Source: a virus
Taxonomy: Duplodnaviria > Caudoviricetes
Virus record (IMG/VR): IMGVR_UViG_3300038312_000257
Location: 1-60,572 of that record
Length of the DNA stretch: 60,572 bases
Reading direction: 5' to 3' (one strand)
Both the position numbers and the translations under genes were made by a program. Positions 18,688 through 26,541 of the stretch are shown here, in pieces (within the stretch, counting starts at the first letter, position 1; every line of letters starts with the position of its first letter). A model generated the notes under the pieces. The model did not search any database and had not been told where the DNA came from. It saw nothing but the letters and a program-made list of their open reading frames with translations.

Positions 18688-19602
18688 TTAAAACAGCCGG
18701 TCCACAATCTCTATGATGTAGGCCGCGGTAATCTCAAAATTCTCGTCCTTATCCTTGCGCTCTTTCAAGTAGTTAATAATTTGCTGGAAGTAGGCCAGGT
18801 CTACTCCCGTCAACTGGTCCTCTAACACTTCGGGGACTGTCAGATTTAAGTCCCCAATCTGCATGCACATCTTTAAATACTGCCCGGCATTGATAACCCA
18901 GCCCCGCTGGATGAACTTCCGGGTACGGATAACGCTGGCGATAGGATACTTGCTGCCCTTGTATACGAGCTCTCTGGCCAAGATTGCCTGGAGTGCCTCG
19001 TTGGGAAGAACCAGCTCTCCGTCCTTAGATGTCCAGTAGCAGGTGCAATGAACGAAGTCATAATTACTATGGATTTCTTCGGGGGTACCGTAAAATCGGA
19101 TTATCAGTTGGATTTTATCGGATAGGGTAATGGCATTAGATGTAAGGAAAATTGGTCTATACCGGGGTTTCTCTTCTGCGCTTGCCTCGGCGTCCTTGTT
19201 GAGAATGGCCATGGCCCCATCGACATAGTTCTCGGCGTTGCTTGGGTTTGGGTTCATTTCAAAATACTCATAGCCATCGGGGTTATCCTCACCAGCAATG
19301 CCCTGGCTCTGAATCCATACCCGGATGCGACCGCTTTCCTCCACGACAACCTTCACATCCTGCTCAGGGTTGAGTTCTTTGAATTTACTTACATAGTAAT
19401 TGGTTACCGCTAGGGCAGTTTCCCTATCCGTGAAGTAATAGTCAAAGTCGTTGATTTTCTCCCCCAGGAGCATAGAGACTATGCTGCCCCCGGTAACAAT
19501 GGAGTTCTCGTCAACTAACTTCCTGACATTCTCATCCTCGATTGAGGCCACGAAGTCGTTGTGTTTTTTCTGCAATATTGACTTGATTGTTTTTGCTCTC
19601 AA
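18688..19602 (-). CDS. Pol-beta-superfamily nucleotidyltransferase-like protein
   Basis: VTGGSIVS...NDFDYYF (GG..DxD) and YDFVHC; probable TTG start at 19602. Confidence 0.65.
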   Translation of the reverse strand: MRAKTIKSILQKKHNDFVASIEDENVRKLVDENSIVTGGSIVSMLLGEKINDFDYYFTDRETALAVTNYYVSKFKELNPEQDVKVVVEESGRIRVWIQSQGIAGEDNPDGYEYFEMNPNPSNAENYVDGAMAILNKDAEASAEEKPRYRPIFLTSNAITLSDKIQLIIRFYGTPEEIHSNYDFVHCTCYWTSKDGELVLPNEALQAILARELVYKGSKYPIASVIRTRKFIQRGWVINAGQYLKMCMQIGDLNLTVPEVLEDQLTGVDLAYFQQIINYLKERKDKDENFEITAAYIIEIVDRLF

Positions 19603-19660
19603 GTTCTTCTTTCCTCCTCCTTTTAGGCATAGCCGGGGTTTCCCCCGGCTATGCAACTCA

Positions 19661-20113
19661 TTAGTCCAGTGGGTCTATGCCCAGCATTGTCCTGGCTTCT
19701 CTGACGCCGATGATTTCTAGCCTGAACATTTCCAGGATTTCCGAGCGCGCGTGTCGCTCTTTCCAGTATTCGTCATCTGATTTGGTAACGACTGGTTTGC
19801 TTATCGACACCAGCCTGCGCCCATAAGTTACCCCGGTATCCAGGTCAACATCAACCTCTATCTCTACCCCTGGCACAAAGGTCACTGCCTCTGCTACCGC
19901 GTAGCTCCCGTCCGGGCTCCTCTGCTGGGTAGTTACCTGTACCAAGCAGCCAACCTCCGGAATCTCCATGGCCTTAGCCGACTTCATCCAGCCCTCCGCC
20001 TGGGACGACGCCTTACTTAACAACTGGAACATATCACCATTTCCAAAAACCTGAATATCTGGCACATTTTTATGCGCTCCGTTTACATCTGTGTTGCCTA
20101 GAGTCTTTTCCAT
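19661..20113 (-). CDS. Hypothetical phage protein
   Basis: AAAGGAGG RBS; GWMKSAKAMEI..GCLVQVTTQQ. Confidence 0.7.
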   Translation of the reverse strand: MEKTLGNTDVNGAHKNVPDIQVFGNGDMFQLLSKASSQAEGWMKSAKAMEIPEVGCLVQVTTQQRSPDGSYAVAEAVTFVPGVEIEVDVDLDTGVTYGRRLVSISKPVVTKSDDEYWKERHARSEILEMFRLEIIGVREARTMLGIDPLD

Positions 20114-20138
20114 TGAAGTTCCTCCTTTATTTGCTCCC

Positions 20139-20423
20139 TTACTCCTCCACTAGCTCGTAAGTCTGTTCGAAGATGTCAGACTTGCAGGGATACAGTTCTC
20201 CCTGGACTCCTCTTATGACGTAGTCGCCTACACTCGCGTGTATAGTGCCCTCTAGTGTATTCACGTCGAAGCCACCAGATACGAGTTCACGTACGTTCCC
20301 AGAGTATAATGCTTTTTCAAACCATTCCGGCATCTTGCCGTTATATGGGCAATAAGCCTCAATGACAACCGGTTTCTTACGATATTTCTTTGCCAATTTA
20401 TTTCCTCCCCTTACAATTACCAA
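20139..20423 (-). CDS. PGDYG-like phage protein
   Basis: YRKKPVVIEA...TLEG...GDYVIRGVQGELYPCKSDIFEQTYE. Confidence 0.75.
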   Translation of the reverse strand: MVIVRGGNKLAKKYRKKPVVIEAYCPYNGKMPEWFEKALYSGNVRELVSGGFDVNTLEGTIHASVGDYVIRGVQGELYPCKSDIFEQTYELVEE

Positions 20424-20453
20424 TAGCCCAGCTTGCGCTGGGCTACGATATTT

Positions 20454-21212
20454 TTAGAATACTTCTTCATTGTCTGTTCCCTCGTCCATAAAGTCTTCTT
20501 CTTCGGGGATGTTCTGCTCAGTAGAAAAACCCTTAATCATGGGTTTAATGCTCTCCGCATAGACCCTTGCAGCCTCCTTCTTCTCGCCCTCTAAAAGGGC
20601 TACCATGCCGAAGGTGCACTTAGAGTATTCGATTCCACCCTTGCTCTTGTCTTTTGTGAGGCCAATCTTGGCGATAAATTCATAGCTCCTGCGCCCCTTC
20701 ATGACATTACGCTTTATGAAGTCGCTGAAACCCTTGACCGATGTCGGGGGAAGAGCCAGCATCAAGGGAAACAGTTCTCCGTCTTGCAGGACAAACAGTT
20801 TACGCCGATTTTGACAAGCCTTGCCGTTTCCGTCTTCGCCGCTGCCCCATTCGTTAAACGGGCAGGCAAGGCAGTCTCCGCCGGGGCTCCCGATGCCAAC
20901 TCTACCGTCCATTGCTACGCAGTCAGGTGGCTCGTTGCCGCCGGTGTACTCAGAAGCATAATATACGTTCTCCGGGCCATGGCCCACGATGATGCCTACA
21001 AGTTCCTTCTGCACATCACTGTCCCCATCTTCCGTGGGAATCTCGAAGGCTAGCCCTCCGCCGCTCGGGACCTTTACCCGGTCAAAGCTAAGGTTCAGCC
21101 CGTCCATCTCTTCTTCGATTATGTCCTTCAAGTTACTGGAAACCTCTGGGACCTGAAATTCCTCAACTAGGGCCAATTCCGTGCTTTCAGTTTTTTTCTT
21201 TTTTGTTGCCAT
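20454..21212 (-). CDS. Phage ssDNA-binding/recombination-type protein (acidic tail)
   Basis: PPDC...CLACPFNEWGS...GKACQN...LPPTS; acidic C-terminus; located in the replication module. Confidence 0.5.
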   Translation of the reverse strand: MATKKKKTESTELALVEEFQVPEVSSNLKDIIEEEMDGLNLSFDRVKVPSGGGLAFEIPTEDGDSDVQKELVGIIVGHGPENVYYASEYTGGNEPPDCVAMDGRVGIGSPGGDCLACPFNEWGSGEDGNGKACQNRRKLFVLQDGELFPLMLALPPTSVKGFSDFIKRNVMKGRRSYEFIAKIGLTKDKSKGGIEYSKCTFGMVALLEGEKKEAARVYAESIKPMIKGFSTEQNIPEEEDFMDEGTDNEEVF

Positions 21213-21226
21213 ACCATTACTCCTCT

Positions 21227-21526
21227 CTAATAAAATAACTCCTTGACAATGAGTTCTGTGAGCCACTCACTGAATGATTTGCCTTCCTCCTTGGCGGCTT
21301 CATTGGCTGTTGCCACCAGTTTGGCGTTCAGGGACAAGTCTGGCGCCCGGTAGTTGTTATTCAAAAACTCTTCCTCGGTTTCGTCCAGGGACTCTCTAAC
21401 TGCGGTGACGAAGACACCAAAGTCGTCCTTGCTCATTTTGCCGAGCCCTACAAATTGGTTCCTCATTTCCTTCAACGCTTCCTCTGACGCGGCCTTGATG
21501 ATTCCTATTAATTCCTTTTTTGTCAT
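21227..21526 (-). CDS. Hypothetical protein with C-terminal RHH-like segment
   Basis: AAKEEGKSFSEWLTELI. Confidence 0.5.
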   Translation of the reverse strand: MTKKELIGIIKAASEEALKEMRNQFVGLGKMSKDDFGVFVTAVRESLDETEEEFLNNNYRAPDLSLNAKLVATANEAAKEEGKSFSEWLTELIVKELFY

Positions 21527-21541
21527 TATTGAAACCTCCCC

Positions 21542-21943
21542 TTATTTGGACCTTATTCCGATGCTTGTTTCCTCGTAGATTTTTAACCTTGCTTCGACCT
21601 CTTCGGGCATATCTTCTTCCTCTTGCCGTTCCTTGACCCAGGAAGATAGTGATTTGGCATTAATCTGCTCCTTGACCATTCCGGAATACTCCTCGTGTTC
21701 TTTAAACCACCTGATAATTACATCTTTAAACTCATCAGGGATACTGGCAAAGAGCTTGGTCTTGATGTAAAAAGTTCTGTCGTTCTTCCGGAAATTTTGG
21801 ACCTCCTCGTTGAGCATAAGCTCTACCATTCTGGCCTCGGTGTCCTTGATTTGCTCGTTGTTTTTTTCAGTATCTCTTTTCAGGACATCTTTGCGCTCCT
21901 TGAGCCCAACCAGTTTCTCCGACAACTTAAACAAGTCTTCCAT
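21542..21943 (-). CDS. Coiled-coil phage replication-module protein
   Basis: N-terminal coiled coil; INAKSLSSWVKE. Confidence 0.65.
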   Translation of the reverse strand: MEDLFKLSEKLVGLKERKDVLKRDTEKNNEQIKDTEARMVELMLNEEVQNFRKNDRTFYIKTKLFASIPDEFKDVIIRWFKEHEEYSGMVKEQINAKSLSSWVKERQEEEDMPEEVEARLKIYEETSIGIRSK

Positions 21944-21947
21944 CCAT

Positions 21948-23651
21948 CTACGCTACTCCTTCCTCAAACAACAACTTCCAGCTATCCACTACCAGCCTGG
22001 CGACATCCTGCTTCTTGCCCAGAGCCTGAAAAATTTTAGCATCTACGGTCCCTCTAGTAATCAAGTAAATGTAAGTAACTGTATTCTTTTGTCCTATCCG
22101 GTGCAAGCGCGCTCGCGCTTGGTCGAGATTGGCAAAACTGTAATCCAGGCTATAAAAGATTGCTACACTTGCAGCATGCAGGGTAATCCCTAGGCCAGCA
22201 GTCTGTATCTGGGCTATAAACACCTTGCACTCGGGTTCCTCCTGGAACTCTCTTACAACCTCCCCCCTTTCGCTTAATGGCACTGAGCCATCTATAAACT
22301 GGTAGCGCGTTTTCCTGGATTCAAGCAGCCCCTTAATCGCTTCTATTTCTGCCAGGAACCTGGCAAAGATAACTACCTTTTGGTCGCCCAGGTCATTTAA
22401 AACCTCCTCTAAGAGTTTTAATTTGGCATCGCTAACCTTGATGGGCTTCTCACCGGCCTCGGAATAGAACCCACCTGCGAGCTGGCTTAGTCTCAGGAGC
22501 TTCGCCAGGACGTTTTGGGTTACTATCTTTTTATCCTTGGAGATTTCAGCAACGCTGTTCTTCAAGAGCTGCTGATATATGCTCTTTGCTCGCCCTTCCA
22601 ACAAGCAGTACCTTATCTGCTCCACCTGCTCCGGCAGGTCCAGGGCCTCTTCCTTGGTAACTCTAAAGCCTATGGAGTGCACTTTTTGAGTGAGCTCGGG
22701 CAGGTTCTTGTAGCCCAGTATCTGCCGATTTTCAAAACCGCCCATAATGGCGTATCTGGATTTCAGGGCAACATAGCTGCTGCCGAGTATCCTGGGGTCT
22801 GCGAACTTGAGCTGAGAGTAAAAGTCCAGTGGTCCCTGGGTAACTGGGGTACCGGTGAGAATCAGCCGGTAGGGTACCGTCTTGCCGAGCTTGTGGGCAA
22901 ACTTGCTTTGTTTCGCCCCCGGAGACTTGATTCTCTGGGATTCATCCAGCACAACCAAGTCGGGTTTCCACTTTAGAATGGCCTTGTCTATTCTCCAGGT
23001 GGATTCATAGTTTATTACGGCTACCTGGAGATAGCGGGAACTGGGCATCCAGTTTTCAAGAAGGGCAGCCTTCTTTGAACCTGGCCCCTCTAGCGGTATA
23101 ACGTAATGAGGAAAAGCCGCGAAGGACTCAAACTCACTCGGCCATACCGGAACAACCGATGCCGGGGCAACTACTAGCATCTTTTTTATAACTCCGTCCA
23201 GGAACATCCGCCCGGCCAGGGCAACAGTGGTGAGAGTTTTTCCAGTTCCTTGCTCCATGTAAAGCCCAGCTCCGGCGTTTTTGGGGGTGCCCCAAAGTCC
23301 AAATATGGAGCCAACCACGTTGTATCCAGCAATCTGGTGCTGAAAAGGCTTGACTTTTATCGGCATTTCTTTTACTGCCTTCTGTTCCTGCCACGGAATA
23401 TTTTTCTGCCGTAGGACCTCGGCTTCTTCGGCCTTGCGCTTTTCTAAGAATTCCTTGACCCCTGCTCCGAGCACGATATTCGGAGCTATGGCCATAATTT
23501 TGCGTAAACTCTCGTAGCTTGGAGGAAGCTCCCAGATTCTTCTCTTGCTATTCCAAGACCTGCCGGGGATTTCTTTTATTTCGTCTTTAATCGCCGCGCC
23601 ATTTACAACGGCTAGGTTGTCGTTGTAGGTTACTAATTTTATTTGTTTCAA
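21948..23651 (-). CDS. SNF2-family (SF2) helicase
   Basis: MEQGTGKT, LDESQRIK, LTGTP, AGLGITL, QARARLHRIGQ. Confidence 0.92.
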   Translation of the reverse strand: MKQIKLVTYNDNLAVVNGAAIKDEIKEIPGRSWNSKRRIWELPPSYESLRKIMAIAPNIVLGAGVKEFLEKRKAEEAEVLRQKNIPWQEQKAVKEMPIKVKPFQHQIAGYNVVGSIFGLWGTPKNAGAGLYMEQGTGKTLTTVALAGRMFLDGVIKKMLVVAPASVVPVWPSEFESFAAFPHYVIPLEGPGSKKAALLENWMPSSRYLQVAVINYESTWRIDKAILKWKPDLVVLDESQRIKSPGAKQSKFAHKLGKTVPYRLILTGTPVTQGPLDFYSQLKFADPRILGSSYVALKSRYAIMGGFENRQILGYKNLPELTQKVHSIGFRVTKEEALDLPEQVEQIRYCLLEGRAKSIYQQLLKNSVAEISKDKKIVTQNVLAKLLRLSQLAGGFYSEAGEKPIKVSDAKLKLLEEVLNDLGDQKVVIFARFLAEIEAIKGLLESRKTRYQFIDGSVPLSERGEVVREFQEEPECKVFIAQIQTAGLGITLHAASVAIFYSLDYSFANLDQARARLHRIGQKNTVTYIYLITRGTVDAKIFQALGKKQDVARLVVDSWKLLFEEGVA

Positions 23652-23724
23652 GTTGACCCCCTCTCTTTGATGCGTTACAATTGCAAATAGTAGTTGCCAT
23701 GCTACTTCTCCTTCGCGGGAGAAT

Positions 23725-23752
23725 AAGCTCTCGTAGTGCCGTACGAGAGCTT
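23725..23752. other. Perfect hairpin downstream of the array (terminator or processing stem)
   Basis: AAGCTCTCGTA-GTGCCG-TACGAGAGCTT. Confidence 0.55.
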
Positions 23753-23799
23753 TCTGTTTTTCGCTTACGTTTTTTTGAACCTATCCTTCATTATGGCTG

Positions 23800-24430
23800 C
23801 GTGTCGTTTCCGGGATGTGTTTCCTTCAGCTAGATTGACTCGCTCTTGCTTGAATGGTCACTCTCGGTAAAAATACCTCGTTCTCATGTAATGATGCTCT
23901 CTATGGGCCTGCCTCGCTCATTTACGCTGAACCTGTCCCTTTCCATAGCTCGCTCTGTTTTGATGATGCTCTCTATAGGCTTGACTCGTTCTGTATGAGT
24001 GGTTCTGTTACCCCCTATGCCTCGCTCGCTTAATGTTGGTTCTTTCTATATTCGTGACTCGTTCTTGTTGAGTGAACCCATCAATGTACCTGGCTCGTTC
24101 TTGTATAATGTTGCTGTCTAAGTGCTTAACTTGTTTTCGTTCCTGACAAACGGTGCTATCTACAGCTTTGCCTCGCTCTAAATAATTGGTTCCTTTTGCC
24201 CATATGGCTCGCTTTCCTTTTGTGTTGCTATCTAATTGCATGCCTCGTTCTGCTATGTTGTTGCCGTCTAAAAGTATGCCTCGTTCTGCTGAATTGGCCC
24301 TATCCAAGGGGGTGTCTCGCTCGCATTTTGTGTTTCCTTCCTTGTTAACGCCTCGTTCGATAGGATTGGTACCCTCATCATCTATGCTTCGCTCTCACCA
24401 AATGGTGCCATCGATATCAATGCCTCGCTC
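23800..24430 (-). ncRNA. TIGR-like tandem interspaced guide-RNA array (17 units, ~36-nt period)
   Basis: On the - strand, 18 copies of GARCGAGnCA alternate with 17 copies of GAnRGnnnCA, separated by unique ~8-nt segments; period 36 nt except three units (37, 38, 42); begins ~23 nt after the stop of a Nop-domain gene. Confidence 0.88.
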
Positions 24431-24453
24431 TATAAGAAAGATAAGTCGCTGCT

Positions 24454-25392
24454 CTAAGCAATTAAGGTCCCATTCCATGTATGTTTAGAAAGATAAGTCG
24501 CCAAACTCTCCCTCGGGCCTTGCTTGATTTGCGCCTCTACGAGCCCCGGCACTAGCTCACTATTGGGCGGCCCCCAGTGGTGGATGTGGCTGAGATGTTC
24601 TAATACATAGGGCTTCGGAGGTAGCTTTTTATATCTCAAGAAGTACGCAACCTCATGGTAAGAAGCCAGGAATAGCTTCGTAGCGTACCTCTCGGCTCTC
24701 TGCTTTATGTGCGCAGGGGGGAGTCTGCCCTCCGAATAATGTTTGTAAGCTTCGGTTTCCTTGCGAAAGTTCTTTGAGGAAAGAATCATAGCAGCCTGCT
24801 CGGCGTATTCTCCCGCCTCGTTCCGTTGTTCCTCCAGTTTCTTGCGAGCCTTATAGACCTTCCCGAAAACGTCCTTTGGGTTGTTGTTGACCCGCCAGAA
24901 GCTTTGGCCGATGTGCCAGCATAAGGTTTTAAGGCGCGCGTTCCAGGGTCGCTTTTGACCCTTTTCCCACTTCTGGCCTGGCACTAGACCAGCGTAAGAC
25001 CATATATGACCCACAGTGGGGGCCTTTCCTATGTCAATATGGGCCATGAGCCCAGCGGTGATTACTGGGCCAATGCCAATGATAGATAGGCACCAGCGCC
25101 CCAGGTCTTGGTTCTTTGCGTAAACATTCAGGACGCTCTTTATTGATTTTTCTAAAGTGGCAAATTGATTGAAGAAAAAGGCTATGCCTTCGTTGGGTTC
25201 GCCAGCCTTAGTTAGGGCTGTAATTTGATTGCCTGTAGCTTTTCTGAAATTTTGAAGTGTATAGTAGGTATCTACGAGGTATCTAGCCTCTGTCGAGGTT
25301 AAGTTCTTTGAAGCAATTCGGATGTCTTTGGTGAGCCTCCTTACCGGCTCCAGTATTGCCGCCATCTCGGTTGAAGTAGTTGCCATCTCCAT
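24454..25392 (-). CDS. tasA: TasA-like RNA-binding protein (coiled coil + IS110/Nop domain, no nuclease)
   Basis: LSIIGIGPVITAGL...IWSYAGLVP...WNARLKTLCW...AHIKQRAERYATKLFL; no N-terminal DEDD RuvC, no HNH, no IS110 catalytic SSG after YAGLxP; adjacent 36-nt array. Confidence 0.82.
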   Translation of the reverse strand: MEMATTSTEMAAILEPVRRLTKDIRIASKNLTSTEARYLVDTYYTLQNFRKATGNQITALTKAGEPNEGIAFFFNQFATLEKSIKSVLNVYAKNQDLGRWCLSIIGIGPVITAGLMAHIDIGKAPTVGHIWSYAGLVPGQKWEKGQKRPWNARLKTLCWHIGQSFWRVNNNPKDVFGKVYKARKKLEEQRNEAGEYAEQAAMILSSKNFRKETEAYKHYSEGRLPPAHIKQRAERYATKLFLASYHEVAYFLRYKKLPPKPYVLEHLSHIHHWGPPNSELVPGLVEAQIKQGPRESLATYLSKHTWNGTLIA

Positions 25393-25396
25393 CTTC

Positions 25397-25780
25397 CTAA
25401 TTTACCTCCTTCTCTTTTTTTTGTTTTTTCCTTTTTGTATCTAGTTGCTCCTGTTGCATTTGCTCCCGCAGAAGGTGCAACCCTACTGGATGCACTTCGC
25501 CCAGGAAAACATATCGCAGGAACGGGTCCCGTGGCACCTTGTACCTGCCCCCTTTCTTTTCGTTTGTCTTTGCAACTGGAAAAACTTTAGTTTTTCGAGC
25601 CTCCTTAAGAAGTTTCCTAACAGTAGGGTTGCTGACAGAAAGGATTTCACAGATGTGTTTAACCTCTAGTATGGAGGGGTAATGCTGGGCTATGTCGTTT
25701 AAAAAAACAGCCTTGTCTATGTACCCCAGACTGGTGTCCTTTAACAGCTCCGATACCTGTTCTTTACTTAAACTGCTCAC
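25397..25780 (-). CDS. Excisionase/Cro-like HTH protein
   Basis: ILEVKHICEILSVSNPTVRKLL...GRYKVPRD (MerR/HTH_17-like); divergent from the repressor. Confidence 0.7.
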   Translation of the reverse strand: MSSLSKEQVSELLKDTSLGYIDKAVFLNDIAQHYPSILEVKHICEILSVSNPTVRKLLKEARKTKVFPVAKTNEKKGGRYKVPRDPFLRYVFLGEVHPVGLHLLREQMQQEQLDTKRKKQKKEKEVN

Positions 25781-25878
25781 GATTCAACCCTCCCTTTACT
25801 CTTCGCTCTCATTTTTCGACAAAGAATAAACAAAATAGCGCATTACGTTTATATAGATTGCGCAAAACGCGTATTTAC

Positions 25879-25907
25879 AATTTAATTGACTTGCGTTCTT
25901 TTGTCAA
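25879..25907 (-). promoter_or_regulatory. Leftward (lytic) sigmaA promoter driving the HTH-tasA-array-helicase operon
   Basis: - strand TTGACA, 17 bp, TAAATT. Confidence 0.6.
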
Positions 25908-26048
25908 CTATTCGATTCGTTTTTTACATTGACATAATATTCACAAAGCCGACACATGGGCGATATGATGGGTTTTAGGGATAAGCACAATCACAAAGGC
26001 ATCTATTATATGCATGAACGTAAAACAATGTTATTTTATTCACAATCC

Positions 26049-26077
26049 TTGCAAAAGAACACAAAAGAATGTAAAGT
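26049..26077 (+). promoter_or_regulatory. Rightward promoter for repressor and integrase
   Basis: TTGCAA, 17 bp, TAAAGT. Confidence 0.45.
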
Positions 26078-26135
26078 GTAATCGCGGGGCCGCATTGCGA
26101 CTTCATTAATCCAAGCGAGAAGGGAGGGCAAAAGA

Positions 26136-26537
26136 ATGAAACCTTACGACAGAGCAGTTATAGCCGAAAAGCTGACTCAATTAAGGGAAGAGCGGGGGCT
26201 AACCAGAAACCAAGTCGCCGATGCTCTTGGTTTGAGCTTATCCGCTATAGCGGGCTACGAACAAGCCCGTAGAACGCCTAAATACGACAACCTAAAAAAT
26301 CTCGCGAAACTCTACAAAGTACCCTTAGAGAGTATCCTCGGACAAGAGGGGCAGCAAGAAGTTGTAATTGTAAAAGAAAACAAGATAGAGGACGCAATCT
26401 TGGAAAGCTTTATTTTAAGAACGCAGGAGCTGTGCAAGGAGGCAGAGTTGTCGTCAAGGGAAAAAAGGGAAGAGCTTGAACTGCTGCTTGATTTTCTGGA
26501 GATGCGGATTAAGAAAAAACTTAAAGAAGGGAGATAG
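26136..26537 (+). CDS. XRE-family (CI-like) immunity repressor
   Basis: LREERGLTRNQVADALGLSLSAIAGYEQARRTP. Confidence 0.9.
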   Translation: MKPYDRAVIAEKLTQLREERGLTRNQVADALGLSLSAIAGYEQARRTPKYDNLKNLAKLYKVPLESILGQEGQQEVVIVKENKIEDAILESFILRTQELCKEAELSSREKREELELLLDFLEMRIKKKLKEGR

Positions 26538-26541
26538 GGAT

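Noticed and set aside
23800-24430. CRISPR array
   Set aside because: Repeats are 10 nt and alternate between two types, variable parts are only ~8 nt, and there are no cas genes.
24008-24488. ORFs 24008-24307 (-) and 24186-24488 (+) suggesting a 12-aa repeat protein
   Set aside because: By-product of the 36-nt period. The repeat frame has in-frame TGA stops and 37/38-nt frameshifting units, conserved bases include third codon positions (CGA, nnC), and there is no convincing RBS.
24454-25392. IS110 transposase / insertion sequence
   Set aside because: No N-terminal DEDD RuvC domain, no catalytic serine motif, no element ends; tightly embedded in a phage operon.
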